A stretch of 50,674 nucleotides of DNA from Rhodobacterales bacterium. Its GTDB lineage: Bacteria > Pseudomonadota > Alphaproteobacteria > Rhodobacterales > Rhodobacteraceae. The DNA lies in the NCBI GenBank assembly GCA_038320125.1, contig JBBQDX010000001.1:1-50674 (forward strand). The letters are read 5' to 3'. The stretch's first letter is position 1, and each line of letters starts with the position of its first letter. This document shows positions 1 through 10,963 of this stretch, in pieces. The notes under the pieces were generated by a model, which worked only from the letters and a program-made list of their open reading frames with translations, was not told where the DNA came from and did no database searches. The position numbers and the translations under genes were made by a program.

Positions 1-127
1 ACTTCCGAACAGTCTTCTCGTTGAGGCTGTAACGCTCAGCCAGCTCCGTGACCGAAGCTTGCGATCGCTGTATCGCCGCTCGGACGGCGTGCGTGGTCCT
101 GGCGCTGCCATGCAGTATTTGTCCCAT
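1..127 (-). CDS. IS481-family transposase, N-terminal fragment (truncated by window edge)
   Basis: Own translation from ATG at 127: MGQILHGSARTTHAVRAAIQRSQASVTELAERYSLNEKTVRK, the typical MGQxLHGSAxTT..HTH start of alphaproteobacterial IS481 transposases. Confidence 0.8.
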   Translation of the reverse strand, partial: MGQILHGSARTTHAVRAAIQRSQASVTELAERYSLNEKTVRK

Positions 128-188
128 AGAGCATCCTTCTCGGCCGCTGTCGGCAGAATGCCACCACACCAAGGGACTGAACACCTAG
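1..188 (-). mobile_element. End of an IS481-family insertion sequence (continues beyond window start)
   Basis: Transposase N-terminus on the minus strand, preceded ~55 bp upstream by (CTAG)GTGTTCAGTCCCTT (revcomp of 171-188), a plausible terminal IR. Locally lower GC than flanking genes. Confidence 0.7.
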
Positions 189-333
189 CGTCCCGCCCCG
201 CGCCCCGCCAGAGCCTTCCACCGGGACAGAATGCGCCCTTGCGGGAGATCCTCCGAGAAATTAAGTTACGCTGCAACTGCATGGTTTCGCCCAGCCCGCC
301 GCCCGGCCCGCCGCATAGCCCGAGGAACGCCCG

Positions 334-2028
334 ATGCCCCACGACGGTCAGACCATGTCCGCGGAGACGAACGCCGAAACCCCGATCCTCCCCGACCTCC
401 TCGGTCTGACAGCGCAGGCCTGCGACGCGGTGGACGGCTTTCTGGTGCGCGCCAAGGCCGCGGTTTCCATCCGCGTCCTGCGCGATGGACGCGCGCAGCC
501 CGAGTTGCTCGAGGTCGAGCAGACCGCGACCCACGGCCTCGCCTGGCTCGCCACCTACGCGCAGGCCCTGCGGCAGATGCAGCATTGGGCCGAGCGGCTT
601 CGGGCCGACTGTGCCTTCGGAGAGGTCGAGGCGCTGATCCACCAGATCGCCTTCGGCGAATACCTCTGCCAGATCGAGGGCGGCCTGCCCATGAGCCAGG
701 GGGAGATCGTCCGTCCGCGGGACATGGGCTTGACCCCGGAAGACATGCGCGATCTGGCGGGACCCGCCGTCCGGACGCTCCGCGGCGCCGCGAATACCCA
801 GGCCGCCCGAACCCGGCTCGTCACGCTCATGCGCGACGGCACCGCGAATGCCACGTTCGGAGCGACCGGCCTCGACGCCGAACTGGAGATGATCCGCGAC
901 CAATTCCGCCGCTGGGCGGCCGACAAGGTCGCCCCGCATGCCCACGGCTGGCACCTTGCCGACGCGCTGATCCCCATGGAGATCATCGACGAAATGGCGG
1001 GGATGGGTGTTTTCGGCCTGACCATTCCAGAGGAATACGGCGGCCTCGGCCTTCCGAAAGCGGCGATGTGCGTCGTCTCCGAAGAGCTCTCGCGCGGCTA
1101 CATCGGCGTCGGCTCGCTCGGCACCCGAAGCGAGATCGCGGCCGAACTGATCCTCGGCGGCGGCACCGACGACCAGAAAGCCCAGTGGCTCCCCCGCCTC
1201 GCCTCCGGCGAAACCCTCCCCACCGCCGTCTTCACCGAGCCCAATACCGGCTCCGACCTCGGTGCGCTGCGCACCCGCGCGGTGCCGGAGGGCGATGGTT
1301 GGGCGGTGACCGGCAACAAGACCTGGATCACCCACGCCGCGCGCACCCATATGATGACGCTGCTCGCGCGCACCGACCCCGAGACCACCGGTTACGGCGG
1401 CCTGTCGATGTTCCTGGCCGAAAAGACACCGGGAACCGATCAGGATCCCTTTCCTACAGACGGCATGACCGGCGGCGAGATCGAGGTGCTGGGCTACCGT
1501 GGCATGAAGGAATACGAACTGGCCTTCGACGGTTTCCGCGTCGCGGGCGACGGACTGCTGGGCGGCGTAACCGGGCAGGGCTTCAAGCAGCTCATGCAGA
1601 CCTTCGAGAGCGCCCGCATCCAGACCGCCGCGCGCGCCATCGGCGTTGCTCAAGCCGCGCTCGACGAGGCCCTGAAGTATGCGGAGAGCCGCGTCCAGTT
1701 CGGCAAGCCGCTCGTCGCCTTCCCGAGGGTGGCCAACAAGCTCGCCATGATGGCGGTCGAGATCATGGTGACGCGCCAGCTTACCTATTTCTCGGCGGCC
1801 GAGAAGGACGCGGGTCGGCGCTGCGATCTTGAAGCCGGCATGGCCAAGCTCCTCGGTGCGCGCACCGCATGGGCAGCCGCCGACAACGGCCTGCAGATCC
1901 ACGGCGGCAACGGCTTCGCGCTGGAATATCCAATCTCGCGCCTGCTTTGCGACGCCCGCATCCTCAACATCTTCGAGGGTGCCGCGGAGATCCAGGCGCA
2001 GGTCATCGCACGACGGCTCCTCGGCTGA
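334..2028 (+). CDS. mcd: (2S)-methylsuccinyl-CoA dehydrogenase (acyl-CoA dehydrogenase with N-terminal extension)
   Basis: ACAD motifs (FTEPNTGSD, GNKTWIT, QIHGGNGF, IFEGAAEIQ) plus ~170-aa N-terminal domain; closely resembles Rhodobacter Mcd as I recall it. Alternative start at 355. Confidence 0.85.
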   Translation: MPHDGQTMSAETNAETPILPDLLGLTAQACDAVDGFLVRAKAAVSIRVLRDGRAQPELLEVEQTATHGLAWLATYAQALRQMQHWAERLRADCAFGEVEALIHQIAFGEYLCQIEGGLPMSQGEIVRPRDMGLTPEDMRDLAGPAVRTLRGAANTQAARTRLVTLMRDGTANATFGATGLDAELEMIRDQFRRWAADKVAPHAHGWHLADALIPMEIIDEMAGMGVFGLTIPEEYGGLGLPKAAMCVVSEELSRGYIGVGSLGTRSEIAAELILGGGTDDQKAQWLPRLASGETLPTAVFTEPNTGSDLGALRTRAVPEGDGWAVTGNKTWITHAARTHMMTLLARTDPETTGYGGLSMFLAEKTPGTDQDPFPTDGMTGGEIEVLGYRGMKEYELAFDGFRVAGDGLLGGVTGQGFKQLMQTFESARIQTAARAIGVAQAALDEALKYAESRVQFGKPLVAFPRVANKLAMMAVEIMVTRQLTYFSAAEKDAGRRCDLEAGMAKLLGARTAWAAADNGLQIHGGNGFALEYPISRLLCDARILNIFEGAAEIQAQVIARRLLG

Positions 2029-2058
2029 CGGGATCATCCGTATCGGCGGCGGATCCGA

Positions 2059-2784
2059 TCAGGCTTGCCTGCGCACCGCCGCCACGAACCGCCCGCGGGC
2101 GGCGGGCAAAGGCCGATCGCCCAGGGATGGCGCCAGGCTGTTCTCGAGGAACCAGCCCGTCAGAGCCAACGCCTCGATGGCGCCCTTAATCGTCGGCATC
2201 CCGCCGGTCAGCATGTCCGGCAGGACGAGCAGCCGTGTCGCCCAGTCTCCTGCCTGCCCCCGCGCCACGGCGCGACCCGTGCGGGGCGAGACGAAGGCGA
2301 GGTCGTTCGTGCCCCCCGATACCGCGCAGGCGGTGAGGTCCAGTCCGAAGCCAGACACCTCCAGGAGCGCAAGTTCCCAGAGCACATAGCCGGCGAGCCA
2401 GCCCTCGCCGGACGCGATGGCCTCGCTGAGCGCCTCCGTCCGCGTCTGGAACTCCGTCATCGCCTCCCGCTCGGGCAGCGCGAAGGAGGCCAGTGCGCAG
2501 ACCGAGGAGAGCGCGGCCAGGCGCAGCGGATCGCTGAGGATGGCCGCCGCCCGGGAGCGCACGAGCTCCACCGACCAGCCGCCGATGTGGCTCTCCAGCC
2601 GCGCCTTCCAGACCGCATCGAGCTGATTGCCGGATTGCAGCATCGGAGCCTTTCTGCGGGAGGTGCCGCCATGCACGACACCCAGGTGTCGCCCATGGTG
2701 CCGCGTGAAGAGTTCCAGGATCACAGCCGTCTCGCCATGCGGTCGCGCGGCGAGAACGATGCCCTCGTCACGCCATTCGATCAC
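2059..2784 (-). CDS. recO: DNA repair protein RecO
   Basis: GTG start (VIEWRDEGIVLAARPHGE), GFGLDLTAC..VSPRTGRAV; lies downstream of era. Confidence 0.93.
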   Translation of the reverse strand: MIEWRDEGIVLAARPHGETAVILELFTRHHGRHLGVVHGGTSRRKAPMLQSGNQLDAVWKARLESHIGGWSVELVRSRAAAILSDPLRLAALSSVCALASFALPEREAMTEFQTRTEALSEAIASGEGWLAGYVLWELALLEVSGFGLDLTACAVSGGTNDLAFVSPRTGRAVARGQAGDWATRLLVLPDMLTGGMPTIKGAIEALALTGWFLENSLAPSLGDRPLPAARGRFVAAVRRQA

Positions 2785-2797
2785 GTCGCGGCCGCCG

Positions 2798-3127
2798 TCA
2801 TGCCAGGCCGTCCTGATCGAGCAGGTGCCGTCCCGCCCGGTCCTCGACCTCGAGCACCCAGACGTCCGGGTCGAAGCGCGCCTGCCGGGCCACGGCTGCA
2901 TCGCAATCGGCCTCTGCACCCTCGGCCAACACGATCCATGCCCGCTCGCCGGTCGCGAGATCGAAGCTGCGCTGATAGACCCGGGCCTGTCCATCGAGCG
3001 TGTTCAGCTTGACCAGCACCGCACCCGCCCCGTCGTCGCCGTGGCGCACGACGAAACAGGAAATATCGAACATCTCCAGCCGCTTGCGATAGGCGGCGGT
3101 CCAGAAGGAGGCCGTCAGCCGGGTCAA
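2798..3127 (-). CDS. DUF1491 family protein
   Basis: RL..FW..AY..R, GD..AGAVLVK, RFDPDVWVLEVED; conserved era-DUF1491-recO position. Confidence 0.85.
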   Translation of the reverse strand: MTRLTASFWTAAYRKRLEMFDISCFVVRHGDDGAGAVLVKLNTLDGQARVYQRSFDLATGERAWIVLAEGAEADCDAAVARQARFDPDVWVLEVEDRAGRHLLDQDGLA

Positions 3128-3190
3128 AGGTCCAAAGCTCCATCCGCTCGCAGGTGGACGGGTCCAGCGAAGCGTTTCCGAGGGGTCCGC

Positions 3191-4126
3191 TCACCCATCC
3201 TTGAAGTCGAGGCCCATCGCGTCGAACCGCTCCGCGTCGTCGAGCCAGTTCGCGCGCACCACAACGCGCAGGAACAGGTGGACCCGGTGGCCGAGAAACT
3301 CCTCCATCTCCACCCGTGCCGCCTGCCCCACGGCCTTCGTCGTCTCGCCCTTGCGCCCGAGGACGATGCCCTTGTGGCCGTCGCGGATCACGTAGATCAC
3401 CTGGTCGATGCGCACCGATCCGTCGTCTCGGTCCTCCCAGGTCTCCGTCTCGACGGTGAGCTGATAGGGGAGCTCCTGATGCAGGCGCAGCGTCAGCTTC
3501 TCGCGCGTGATTTCGGCCGCGATCATGCGCAGCGGCAGGTCGGCCACCTGATCCTCGGGGTAGAGCCACGGCCCCTCGGGCACCCGCGCTGCCAGATCGG
3601 CGCGCAAGGCCTCGACGCCGTGGCCCTTCTCTGCCGAGATCATGAAGGTCGCATCGAAGGAGAACCGCGCGTTCAGCTTCCCGGTCAGCGCCAGTAGCAC
3701 CTCGGCCCGCACCCGATCGATCTTGTTGATCGCCAGCAGCACCGGCTGGCCGAAGCGGCGCTTTTCCTCCAGCGACGAGAGGATCGCCTCGACCCCCTCG
3801 GTCAGCCCGCGGTTCGCCTCGATCAGGAGGACCACCACATCGGCATCCGCCGCCCCGGTCCAGGCCGCGGCCACCATCGCGCGGTCGAGCCGGCGTTTGG
3901 GTCGGAAGAGGCCCGGCGTGTCCACGAAGACGAGCTGCGACGCGCCCGCCATCGCGACGCCCCGGATGCGCGCACGCGTGGTCTGGACCTTGTGCGTCAC
4001 GATCGAGACCTTGGCTCCGACCATCCGGTTGAGCAGGGTCGACTTGCCCGCGTTCGGCTCGCCGATCAGGGCCACGAACCCGGCGCGGGTCGGCCCCTCG
4101 GGCGCGATGGAATCGTCGTCAGTCAT
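3191..4126 (-). CDS. era: GTPase Era
   Basis: [21 protein letters not shown]-terminal KH domain. Confidence 0.97.
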   Translation of the reverse strand: MTDDDSIAPEGPTRAGFVALIGEPNAGKSTLLNRMVGAKVSIVTHKVQTTRARIRGVAMAGASQLVFVDTPGLFRPKRRLDRAMVAAAWTGAADADVVVLLIEANRGLTEGVEAILSSLEEKRRFGQPVLLAINKIDRVRAEVLLALTGKLNARFSFDATFMISAEKGHGVEALRADLAARVPEGPWLYPEDQVADLPLRMIAAEITREKLTLRLHQELPYQLTVETETWEDRDDGSVRIDQVIYVIRDGHKGIVLGRKGETTKAVGQAARVEMEEFLGHRVHLFLRVVVRANWLDDAERFDAMGLDFKDG

Positions 4127-4802
4127 CGCTCACCTCATCCAGCAGGGCCTTTGCCGCCGCCTGTTCCGCCGCCCGCTTCGACGCTGCGGCGCCATTGCTC
4201 CTGCGCCCGTCCTCGAGCCGCGCCTCGATCCGGAAATGCGGTGCATGGTCCGGCCCGCTCCGCTCCGTCACCTCGTAGACCGGCGGCTTCAGGCCGCGTG
4301 CCTGCGCCCATTCCTGCAACGTCGTCTTGGGGTCGCGCGCATCCGCCTCGACCGCCACGATCCGGTCGCCCCAGAGGCGCAGGATCAGGGCCCGGGCCGC
4401 CTCCAGACCGGCATCGGCATAGACGGCCGCGATCAGCGCCTCCATTCCGTCGCCCAGCAGTGCGAGCTTGCGCCGCCCGCCCGTCACCTGCTCCGACTTG
4501 CCGAGCTTCAGCACGTCGCCGAGGCCGATCTGCCGCGCCACGTCGGCACAGGTTTCCTTGCGCACGAGGGCATTGAAGCGCGGCGCAAGCAGCCCCTCCT
4601 GCGCCAGGGGGTCGCCCCCCATCAGCGCTTCCGCGATCACGAGGCCCAGCACCCGGTCGCCGAGGAACTCCAGCCGCTGGTTGTCGGGCCGCGTCTCGGA
4701 CGCGATCGAGCTGTGCGTCATCGCCCGCACAAGAATGTCCGGCCGAAGGAAGCAGTGGCCGATGCGGTCCTGGAACAGGGCGAGATCGCGCGAAAGCCTC
4801 AA
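4119..4802 (-). CDS. rnc: Ribonuclease III
   Basis: [14 protein letters not shown] signature and dsRBD ([11 protein letters not shown]); TTG start overlapping the lepB stop. Confidence 0.97.
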   Translation of the reverse strand: MRLSRDLALFQDRIGHCFLRPDILVRAMTHSSIASETRPDNQRLEFLGDRVLGLVIAEALMGGDPLAQEGLLAPRFNALVRKETCADVARQIGLGDVLKLGKSEQVTGGRRKLALLGDGMEALIAAVYADAGLEAARALILRLWGDRIVAVEADARDPKTTLQEWAQARGLKPPVYEVTERSGPDHAPHFRIEARLEDGRRSNGAAASKRAAEQAAAKALLDEVSDD

Positions 4803-5584
4803 ACGATCTCCTCGAAGAAACGGTCCATCCGCCAGGTCCAGAAATAGAGCATCCGGGAGCCGGCCGACGAGAAGATCACCCTGTCGGCCCGCCCGATCAG
4901 GTTCTCGAAAGGAACGAAGCCGACGCCGCCGACCGACTGGGGCACGCGGCTGTCGCGCGAGTTGTCACGGTTGTCGCCCATGAAGAAATACTGCCCCTCG
5001 GGCACGGTGAAGATCGGGGTGGTGTCGAGGCTCGATATCCCGATGTTCAGGATCGAATGCGGCCGGTCTTGGCCCGGCATTGTCTCGGCAGCCCGTTCCT
5101 TGATGCACTCGCCGCCGAGACCCACCGGATCGTTCGCGCAGCGCGGCGTCAGGCGCTGCGGGCCCTGCGGTTCCTTGATCTCGATGAAGGGCTCCACCTC
5201 GACGGTCGGCACGGCATCGCCGTTAAGATAGAGAAGACCGTCGCGCATCTGCACGGTATCGCCCGGCAGGCCGATCAGGCGCTTGATGAAGTCGGTCCCG
5301 TTGACCGGGTGGCGGAACACGATGACGTCGCCGCGCTCCGGCTCGCTGCCGAGGATGCGGCCGGAAAACGGGCAGGCCGAGAACGGGCAGGAGTTCCGGG
5401 AATAGCCGTAGGCCATCTTGTTGACGAAGAGGAAGTCGCCGATCAGCAGCGTATCCTTCATCGAGCCGGAGGGAATCCAGAACGGTTGGAAGAACAGGGT
5501 GCGGAAGATGCCCGCGATCACCAGCGCCCAGAACACGGTCTTGACCGTCTCCCAGAGCCCTTCCTGCTTTTCCGCCTTCGCCAT
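4799..5584 (-). CDS. lepB: Signal peptidase I
   Basis: IPSGSM (Ser), [11 protein letters not shown] (Lys), [12 protein letters not shown]. Confidence 0.97.
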   Translation of the reverse strand: MAKAEKQEGLWETVKTVFWALVIAGIFRTLFFQPFWIPSGSMKDTLLIGDFLFVNKMAYGYSRNSCPFSACPFSGRILGSEPERGDVIVFRHPVNGTDFIKRLIGLPGDTVQMRDGLLYLNGDAVPTVEVEPFIEIKEPQGPQRLTPRCANDPVGLGGECIKERAAETMPGQDRPHSILNIGISSLDTTPIFTVPEGQYFFMGDNRDNSRDSRVPQSVGGVGFVPFENLIGRADRVIFSSAGSRMLYFWTWRMDRFFEEIV

Positions 5585-5637
5585 GCTTGCGTCCTGTTTT
5601 CAACGTCGCGTTCCCCTGCGCCCTGCCCCCGGTCCTG

Positions 5638-6069
5638 TCAACCGCGCGCCGCATCCATGGCGATGGGGCGCGCTTCTATCACGACGAAGGCCTGCGCCCA
5701 GGGGTAGTCGTCGGTCAGGCTGACATGGATCATCGCCTCGTGACCCGCGGGCGTCATGCCGCCAAGGCGCGCTTCGGCCCAGCCCGTCACCGCCATCGTC
5801 GGCTGCCCGCTCTGCAGGTTGGTCACCGCCATGTCCCGCCACGCGATGCCCATCCGCAGCCCGGTGCCGAGCGCCTTGGAGCAGGCCTCCTTGGCGGCCC
5901 AGCGCTTGGCGTAGGTCGCCGCCTCGCCGCCCTCGGCCCGGGCGCGGTGGGTCGCCTTGCACCGTTCGCGGGGCGTGAAGACACGGTTGCGGAAGCGGTC
6001 GCCGAAGCGGTCGAGCACGCCCTGCATCCGTTCGATATTCGCCAGATCGGTTCCGATGCCGAGGATCAT
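5638..6069 (-). CDS. acpS: Holo-ACP synthase
   Basis: [29 protein letters not shown]. Confidence 0.95.
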   Translation of the reverse strand: MILGIGTDLANIERMQGVLDRFGDRFRNRVFTPRERCKATHRARAEGGEAATYAKRWAAKEACSKALGTGLRMGIAWRDMAVTNLQSGQPTMAVTGWAEARLGGMTPAGHEAMIHVSLTDDYPWAQAFVVIEARPIAMDAARG

Positions 6070-6113
6070 GCCACTCTCTCGATACCGCGCCCGTCACGCA
6101 AGGCGACCCGGCC

Positions 6114-6875
6114 TCACGTCGCATCCCTCGCCAGATCCATCAGCCGCCGCATTTCGGCCATCGCGCCCTTGAGCCCGCGAAACACCGCCTCGCCAATCAG
6201 GAAATGCCCGATGTTGAGTTCGGCGACCTGGGGGATCGCCGCCAGCGGACCAACGCTGTCGTAGGTGATGCCATGGCCCATGTGGACCTCCAGCCCGAGG
6301 GCCTCGGCCTGCGCCGCGGCCTCCGTCAGGCGGACCAGTTCGGCAGCCGCGTCGTCGGTCCGCTGCGCGGCAACGGCGTCGCAATAGGTGCCGGTGTGCA
6401 GCTCGACTACGGGAGCCCCGACCTTTGCCGAGGCCTCGACCTGCCGTGGATCGGGCGCCACGAAGAGCGACACGCGCACCCCCGACCCGGCCAGCGGGGC
6501 GATGTAGCGGGTCAGCCGCTCCGCATCGCCGGCCACCTCCAGCCCGCCCTCCGTGGTGCGCTCCTCGCGCTTCTCGGGCACGAGGCAGACCGCGTGCGGC
6601 CGGGTATCGAGCGCCAGACGCGCCATCTCCTCCGTCGCGGCCATCTCGAAGTTGAGAGGGATGCCGATCGCGGCCCGGATCGCGGCCATGTCGGCATCGC
6701 GGATGTGGCGGCGGTCCTCGCGCAGGTGCGCGGTGATGCCGTCGGCCCCCGCCGCCTGCGCCAGCAGCGCGGCGCGGACCGGGTCCGGGTTGTCGCCGCC
6801 CCGCGCGTTGCGCAACGTGGCGACATGGTCGATGTTGATGCCCAGCCGGAGCCGTGCGGGTGTGGCGCTATTCAT
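6114..6875 (-). CDS. pdxJ: Pyridoxine 5'-phosphate synthase
   Basis: [36 protein letters not shown]; start placed at ATG 6875. Confidence 0.96.
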   Translation of the reverse strand: MNSATPARLRLGINIDHVATLRNARGGDNPDPVRAALLAQAAGADGITAHLREDRRHIRDADMAAIRAAIGIPLNFEMAATEEMARLALDTRPHAVCLVPEKREERTTEGGLEVAGDAERLTRYIAPLAGSGVRVSLFVAPDPRQVEASAKVGAPVVELHTGTYCDAVAAQRTDDAAAELVRLTEAAAQAEALGLEVHMGHGITYDSVGPLAAIPQVAELNIGHFLIGEAVFRGLKGAMAEMRRLMDLARDAT

Positions 6876-7569
6876 TCGTTCCTCCCGTCTCCACCTTGCG
6901 CTTGTCCTTGACGACCGCCTTGTCCGCGGCTCTCTCCTGCGCGCGCGTTGCCGCCTTGCGCCGGATCTCGTCCAGTGTCTTCTTGATGTTTCCACGTCGG
7001 CGCCGCTGATAGGCTTCGATCAGGGGGATCGAGATCGTGTAGGCCGCGATGCCGGTGAAGATTCCGGGCACGATGCCGCCGATGAGCCAGGGAAAGAACA
7101 CGTCGTTCCAGAAGATCGCTGTGGCGGTCCAGTCCACGGCGGTGCCGGTCACGGCCTTCCAGCTGTTCCAGAGCAGATCCTGGCCCGCCCCGAAGAACTT
7201 GCCGAAGATGGTCTCGTCCACCTTGCCGCGCATCCGCGTGCCCAGCATCCAGTGCCCGAGGTTCAACGAGACGACCGCGATCGGCACATAGGTCAGCGGG
7301 TTGCCGAAGAACGTGCCAAGCAGCGCCGCCATCACGTTGCCGCGCATGAGAAAGGCGAGAAGGGCCGCGACGACGAAGTGCAGCCCGTAGAACGGCGTGA
7401 AGGTGGTGAAGACCCCTGCCAGGATGCCGCGGCTGATCTTGCGCGGGGTATCGGGCAGGCGGCGGAGCCGGTGCTTGACGTAGATCGCCGCGCGCGCCCA
7501 GCCACCGCGCGGCCATACCGCCTGCCAGATGGCCCGCCCGATGGGGAGTCTGTCGCGGCGCTTGAACAT
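6868..7569 (-). CDS. DUF2062 family membrane protein
   Basis: [24 protein letters not shown], hydrophobic segments, GNPLT motif; lies between rsh and pdxJ. Confidence 0.85.
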   Translation of the reverse strand: MFKRRDRLPIGRAIWQAVWPRGGWARAAIYVKHRLRRLPDTPRKISRGILAGVFTTFTPFYGLHFVVAALLAFLMRGNVMAALLGTFFGNPLTYVPIAVVSLNLGHWMLGTRMRGKVDETIFGKFFGAGQDLLWNSWKAVTGTAVDWTATAIFWNDVFFPWLIGGIVPGIFTGIAAYTISIPLIEAYQRRRRGNIKKTLDEIRRKAATRAQERAADKAVVKDKRKVETGGTNE

Positions 7570-7579
7570 GGCGGTCCCC

Positions 7580-9787
7580 TCAGGCCACGTCGATGGGCGT
7601 GTCGATATGCATGTCGGCGCGCTCGCTCGCGCGGTCGACGGCACCATGTGCGACGCGCCGGTCGCCCCGGCCCCGTCCCGGGTCGCGGTGCCGGCGAACC
7701 TGCGCCACGTCGTTGTCGGTATCGGCAGCCATCACGAGACCATGCAGGTGATCGCGGTCGCGCACCTCCACGTCGATGAGGACGCGGAAGAAATCGGGCT
7801 TGCGGTCGATGAAGCGCAGGTCCGAGATGTTGGCGTTCTGCTCCGCCATCAGCAGGCAGATGCGCCCCAGCACGCCCGGCGCATTCGAGATCGTCATGTC
7901 GAGCGTCACCGAATTGCGCGCCGCGTGGTGCCCCGGCGTCCAGCGCAGGTCGATCCAGCGGTCGGTCTGCTCCTCGAACTCGGCCATCCGGGGGCAGTCG
8001 ATGGCATGAACGATCACGCCCTGACCCTTGTTCGCGATGCCCACGATCCGCTCGCCCGGCACCGGCTGGCAACAGGGTGCACGGTCGAAGCTCGCCGCCG
8101 GGTCGAGGCCGACGATGGCGTTCTCGGCGGTCACGTCGGGCGCCGGCCTGGATTGCGCCAGCTCCGGATAGAGCGTGGCAACGACCGTTCGCGCGCTGAT
8201 CTGCGAGGCCCCGATGGCCGCCAGAAGATCCTCGTCGTCCTCGTAGGACAGGGCCCGCGCGGCCGTCGCCAGGGCCTTTTCGGTCGACCGCTTGCCGACC
8301 TGCGCGAAGGCCGCCCGCGCCAGCTCCCGGCCCAGACGCGCATGACCGGTCCGCCGCTCCGCCTTGAACGCGCGCCGGATCGCCGACTTGGCGCGCCCGG
8401 TGGTGGCGATGTCGATCCAGGTGGCCTGCGGCGTCTGCGCCTCCGCCGTCACGATCTCGATCGACTGGCCGTTCCTCAGCCGCGTCCAGAGCGGCACGCG
8501 CATCCCGTCGACCTTCGCCGCCACCGTCCGATGCCCGATGCGGGTGTGGATGGCATAGGCGAAATCGATGGGGGTGGCGCCCCGCGGCAGCTTGATGACG
8601 TCGCCCTTGGGCGTGAAACAGAAAACCTGGTCGGTGTACATCTCGAGCTTCACCGCCTCGAGGAACTCGGCATGGTCGGCCGCTTCCTCGAACCGCTCAT
8701 TCATCGAGCGCAGCCATTCCGCCGGGTCCACCGCGAACCGGTTCTCCGAGCGCACCCCGTCGCGGTAGGACCAATGCGCCGCCACGCCGCGCTCGGCGAC
8801 CTCGTGCATCTCCCGCGTGCGGATCTGCACCTCCACCCGCTTGCCGTCGCGCCCCGAGACGGTGGTGTGGATCGAGCGGTAGCCGTTCGACTTCGGCTGG
8901 CTGATGTAGTCCTTGAACCGTCCCGGCACGCTACGCCACCGCTGGTGGATGACACCGAGCGCGCGGTAGCAGTCCGCTTCCGTCTCCACGATAATGCGGA
9001 AGCCCCAGATGTCGGAGAGCCGCGAGAAGCCGATCTCCTTCTCCTCCATCTTGCGCCAGATGGAGAACGGCCGCTTGGCGCGCCCCACCACGGTCGCCCC
9101 GATCTCGGCGCGCGCCAGCTCCCGCTCGATGTCGTCGGTGATGCGGCGGATCACGTCGCCCGATTCGCGCTGGAGCGTCACGAAGCGCCGCAGGATCGAG
9201 GTCCGTGCCTCGGGGTTGAGGACGGCGAAGGACAGATCCTCTAGCTCCTCGCGCATCCATTGCATCCCCATGCGCCCCGCCAGCGGCGCATAGATCTCCA
9301 TCGTCTCATGCGCCTTCTGCGCCTGCTTGTGGGCGACCATGTGCCGGATCGTGCGCATGTTGTGGAGCCGGTCGGTCAGCTTGACGAGGATCACCCGCAA
9401 ATCCTTGGACATCGCCATGAAGAGCTTGCGGAAGTTCTCGGCCTGCTTGGTCTCGCTGGAGGTCAGCTCGAGGTTGGTGAGCTTCGTCACCCCGTCCACC
9501 ATCTCGGCGACCTCGGCGCCGAAGCGACGCACGACCTCCGGGTAGGTGGAGCGGGTGTCCTCGATGGTATCGTGCAGCAGCGCGGTCACGATGGTCGCAT
9601 CGTCGAGCCGCTGCTCCGTCAGCAGGCCCGCGACCGCGACCGGATGACTGAGGTAGGGCTCGCCCGACCGCCGGACCTGTCCCGCGTGCATCTCGGCGGC
9701 ATAGGCATAGGCATCGGCGATCAGCGCCGCGTTGGTGCGGGGATTGTAGGCATGCACCAACGCGATCAGATCTTCCGCCTCGATCAT
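7580..9787 (-). CDS. spoT: Bifunctional (p)ppGpp synthetase/hydrolase (RelA/SpoT homologue)
   Basis: HD domain (LLHDTIED, DRLHNMRT), synthetase (KDYIS.PK.NGYRSIHT, EVQIRT), TGS (FTPKG..DFAYAIHT), C-terminal ACT. Confidence 0.96.
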   Translation of the reverse strand: MIEAEDLIALVHAYNPRTNAALIADAYAYAAEMHAGQVRRSGEPYLSHPVAVAGLLTEQRLDDATIVTALLHDTIEDTRSTYPEVVRRFGAEVAEMVDGVTKLTNLELTSSETKQAENFRKLFMAMSKDLRVILVKLTDRLHNMRTIRHMVAHKQAQKAHETMEIYAPLAGRMGMQWMREELEDLSFAVLNPEARTSILRRFVTLQRESGDVIRRITDDIERELARAEIGATVVGRAKRPFSIWRKMEEKEIGFSRLSDIWGFRIIVETEADCYRALGVIHQRWRSVPGRFKDYISQPKSNGYRSIHTTVSGRDGKRVEVQIRTREMHEVAERGVAAHWSYRDGVRSENRFAVDPAEWLRSMNERFEEAADHAEFLEAVKLEMYTDQVFCFTPKGDVIKLPRGATPIDFAYAIHTRIGHRTVAAKVDGMRVPLWTRLRNGQSIEIVTAEAQTPQATWIDIATTGRAKSAIRRAFKAERRTGHARLGRELARAAFAQVGKRSTEKALATAARALSYEDDEDLLAAIGASQISARTVVATLYPELAQSRPAPDVTAENAIVGLDPAASFDRAPCCQPVPGERIVGIANKGQGVIVHAIDCPRMAEFEEQTDRWIDLRWTPGHHAARNSVTLDMTISNAPGVLGRICLLMAEQNANISDLRFIDRKPDFFRVLIDVEVRDRDHLHGLVMAADTDNDVAQVRRHRDPGRGRGDRRVAHGAVDRASERADMHIDTPIDVA

Positions 9788-9861
9788 CCGACTGGACTCA
9801 TCCTGCGCCCGTCTGCGCACTTGTGACGCGGGCGCGTCGCCACTCTCGCCTGGGACAGGGT

Positions 9862-10215
9862 TCAGGGCTGCCCCTGCGCCTCCATCAGCGCGCGCAGAAG
9901 CTTCTCCTCCGACATGTCGTCATGACTGGGCATGTCCTTCTCGACACCCATCAGCAGTGACATCGACTCCTCCTCGGGTTCGTCGACCTCGTTCTGCGTC
10001 TGATTCGACTCGATCATCCGTTCGCGCAGCGCGTCGGCTCCCTGCGTCTCCTCCGCGATCTCGCGCAGGGCGACGACCGGGTTCTTGTCGTTGTCGCGGT
10101 CCACGGTCACCGGACTGCCGGTTGCGATCTCGCGGGCACGGTGCGCCGCCAGCATCACGAGGTCGAAGCGGTTGGGAACCTTGTCGACGCAATCTTCGAC
10201 TGTCACGCGGGCCAT
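9862..10215 (-). CDS. rpoZ: RNA polymerase omega subunit
   Basis: [42 protein letters not shown]. Confidence 0.98.
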   Translation of the reverse strand: MARVTVEDCVDKVPNRFDLVMLAAHRAREIATGSPVTVDRDNDKNPVVALREIAEETQGADALRERMIESNQTQNEVDEPEEESMSLLMGVEKDMPSHDDMSEEKLLRALMEAQGQP

Positions 10216-10248
10216 CGGGCGCACCTCTGTCAGGGGGTCGGAGTGGCG

Positions 10249-10277
10249 TATCTACGTCCGCCGTTTCCTGTTGACAA
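10249..10277 (-). promoter_or_regulatory. Putative sigma70 promoter for rpoZ-spoT, embedded in the folK 3' end
   Basis: Minus strand TTGTCA-N17-TAGATA, ~34 bp upstream of the rpoZ ATG. Confidence 0.55.
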
Positions 10278-10854
10278 CCCCGCCTGGAATGGCAATCGCC
10301 CTGATTTGCAGCCTGTCCGCCGCGCCGAGGCGGGCCAGCATCTCCGCCACCCGCCGCCCCGTCACCGGATGCCGCCATCCTCGTGCGACCTCGGCCAGCG
10401 GCACCAGCACGAAGGCGCGGTCCTGCAGGCGGGCGTGCGGCAGGACAAGCTCCGCCGGGGCCTCGCGCGCCTGCCGCTCCGGGCAGAGGCGCATCCAGTC
10501 ACGCTGCGTGGCCGGGTCCGGACGAACCCGCCCGCCGCTGGCCAGCAGGTCGATGTCGAGGACCCGCGCCCCCCAGCGGGCGCCGCGCACCCGCCCCGCG
10601 CGCGTCTCGATCGCGTGGAGTCGCTCCAGCAACCGGGCGGGCGGCAGCGGCGACCACAGCAGCAGCACGGCGTTCACGAAATCCGGACCGCTTCCCGGCG
10701 GCCAGGCCGGCGTGCGGTAGAACCGCGACCACCTGACCGCCCGCCCAGGCAGAAATCCGCTCACACGGGCGATGGATCTCACGTTTGCGGCCATCGACCG
10801 GGCCGAGTTCGCACCGAAAGCCAGCAGATGTAGCTCTGAAACGTTACTGGACAT
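10252..10854 (-). CDS. folK: 2-amino-4-hydroxy-6-hydroxymethyldihydropteridine diphosphokinase
   Basis: FVNAV, RWGARVLDIDLL, LPHARLQDRAFVLVPLAE; start uncertain. Confidence 0.9.
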   Translation of the reverse strand: MSSNVSELHLLAFGANSARSMAANVRSIARVSGFLPGRAVRWSRFYRTPAWPPGSGPDFVNAVLLLWSPLPPARLLERLHAIETRAGRVRGARWGARVLDIDLLASGGRVRPDPATQRDWMRLCPERQAREAPAELVLPHARLQDRAFVLVPLAEVARGWRHPVTGRRVAEMLARLGAADRLQIRAIAIPGGVVNRKRRT

Positions 10855-10963
10855 TGCAAGACCCGCGTTAAGTAATATGAAGACCGGTGAAGAGAGAGCC
10901 GCTGCCCGTTTGCCACCCACAGATATTCTTGTGCGGGACCGGACTTTCCGAGAGGATGAACCG

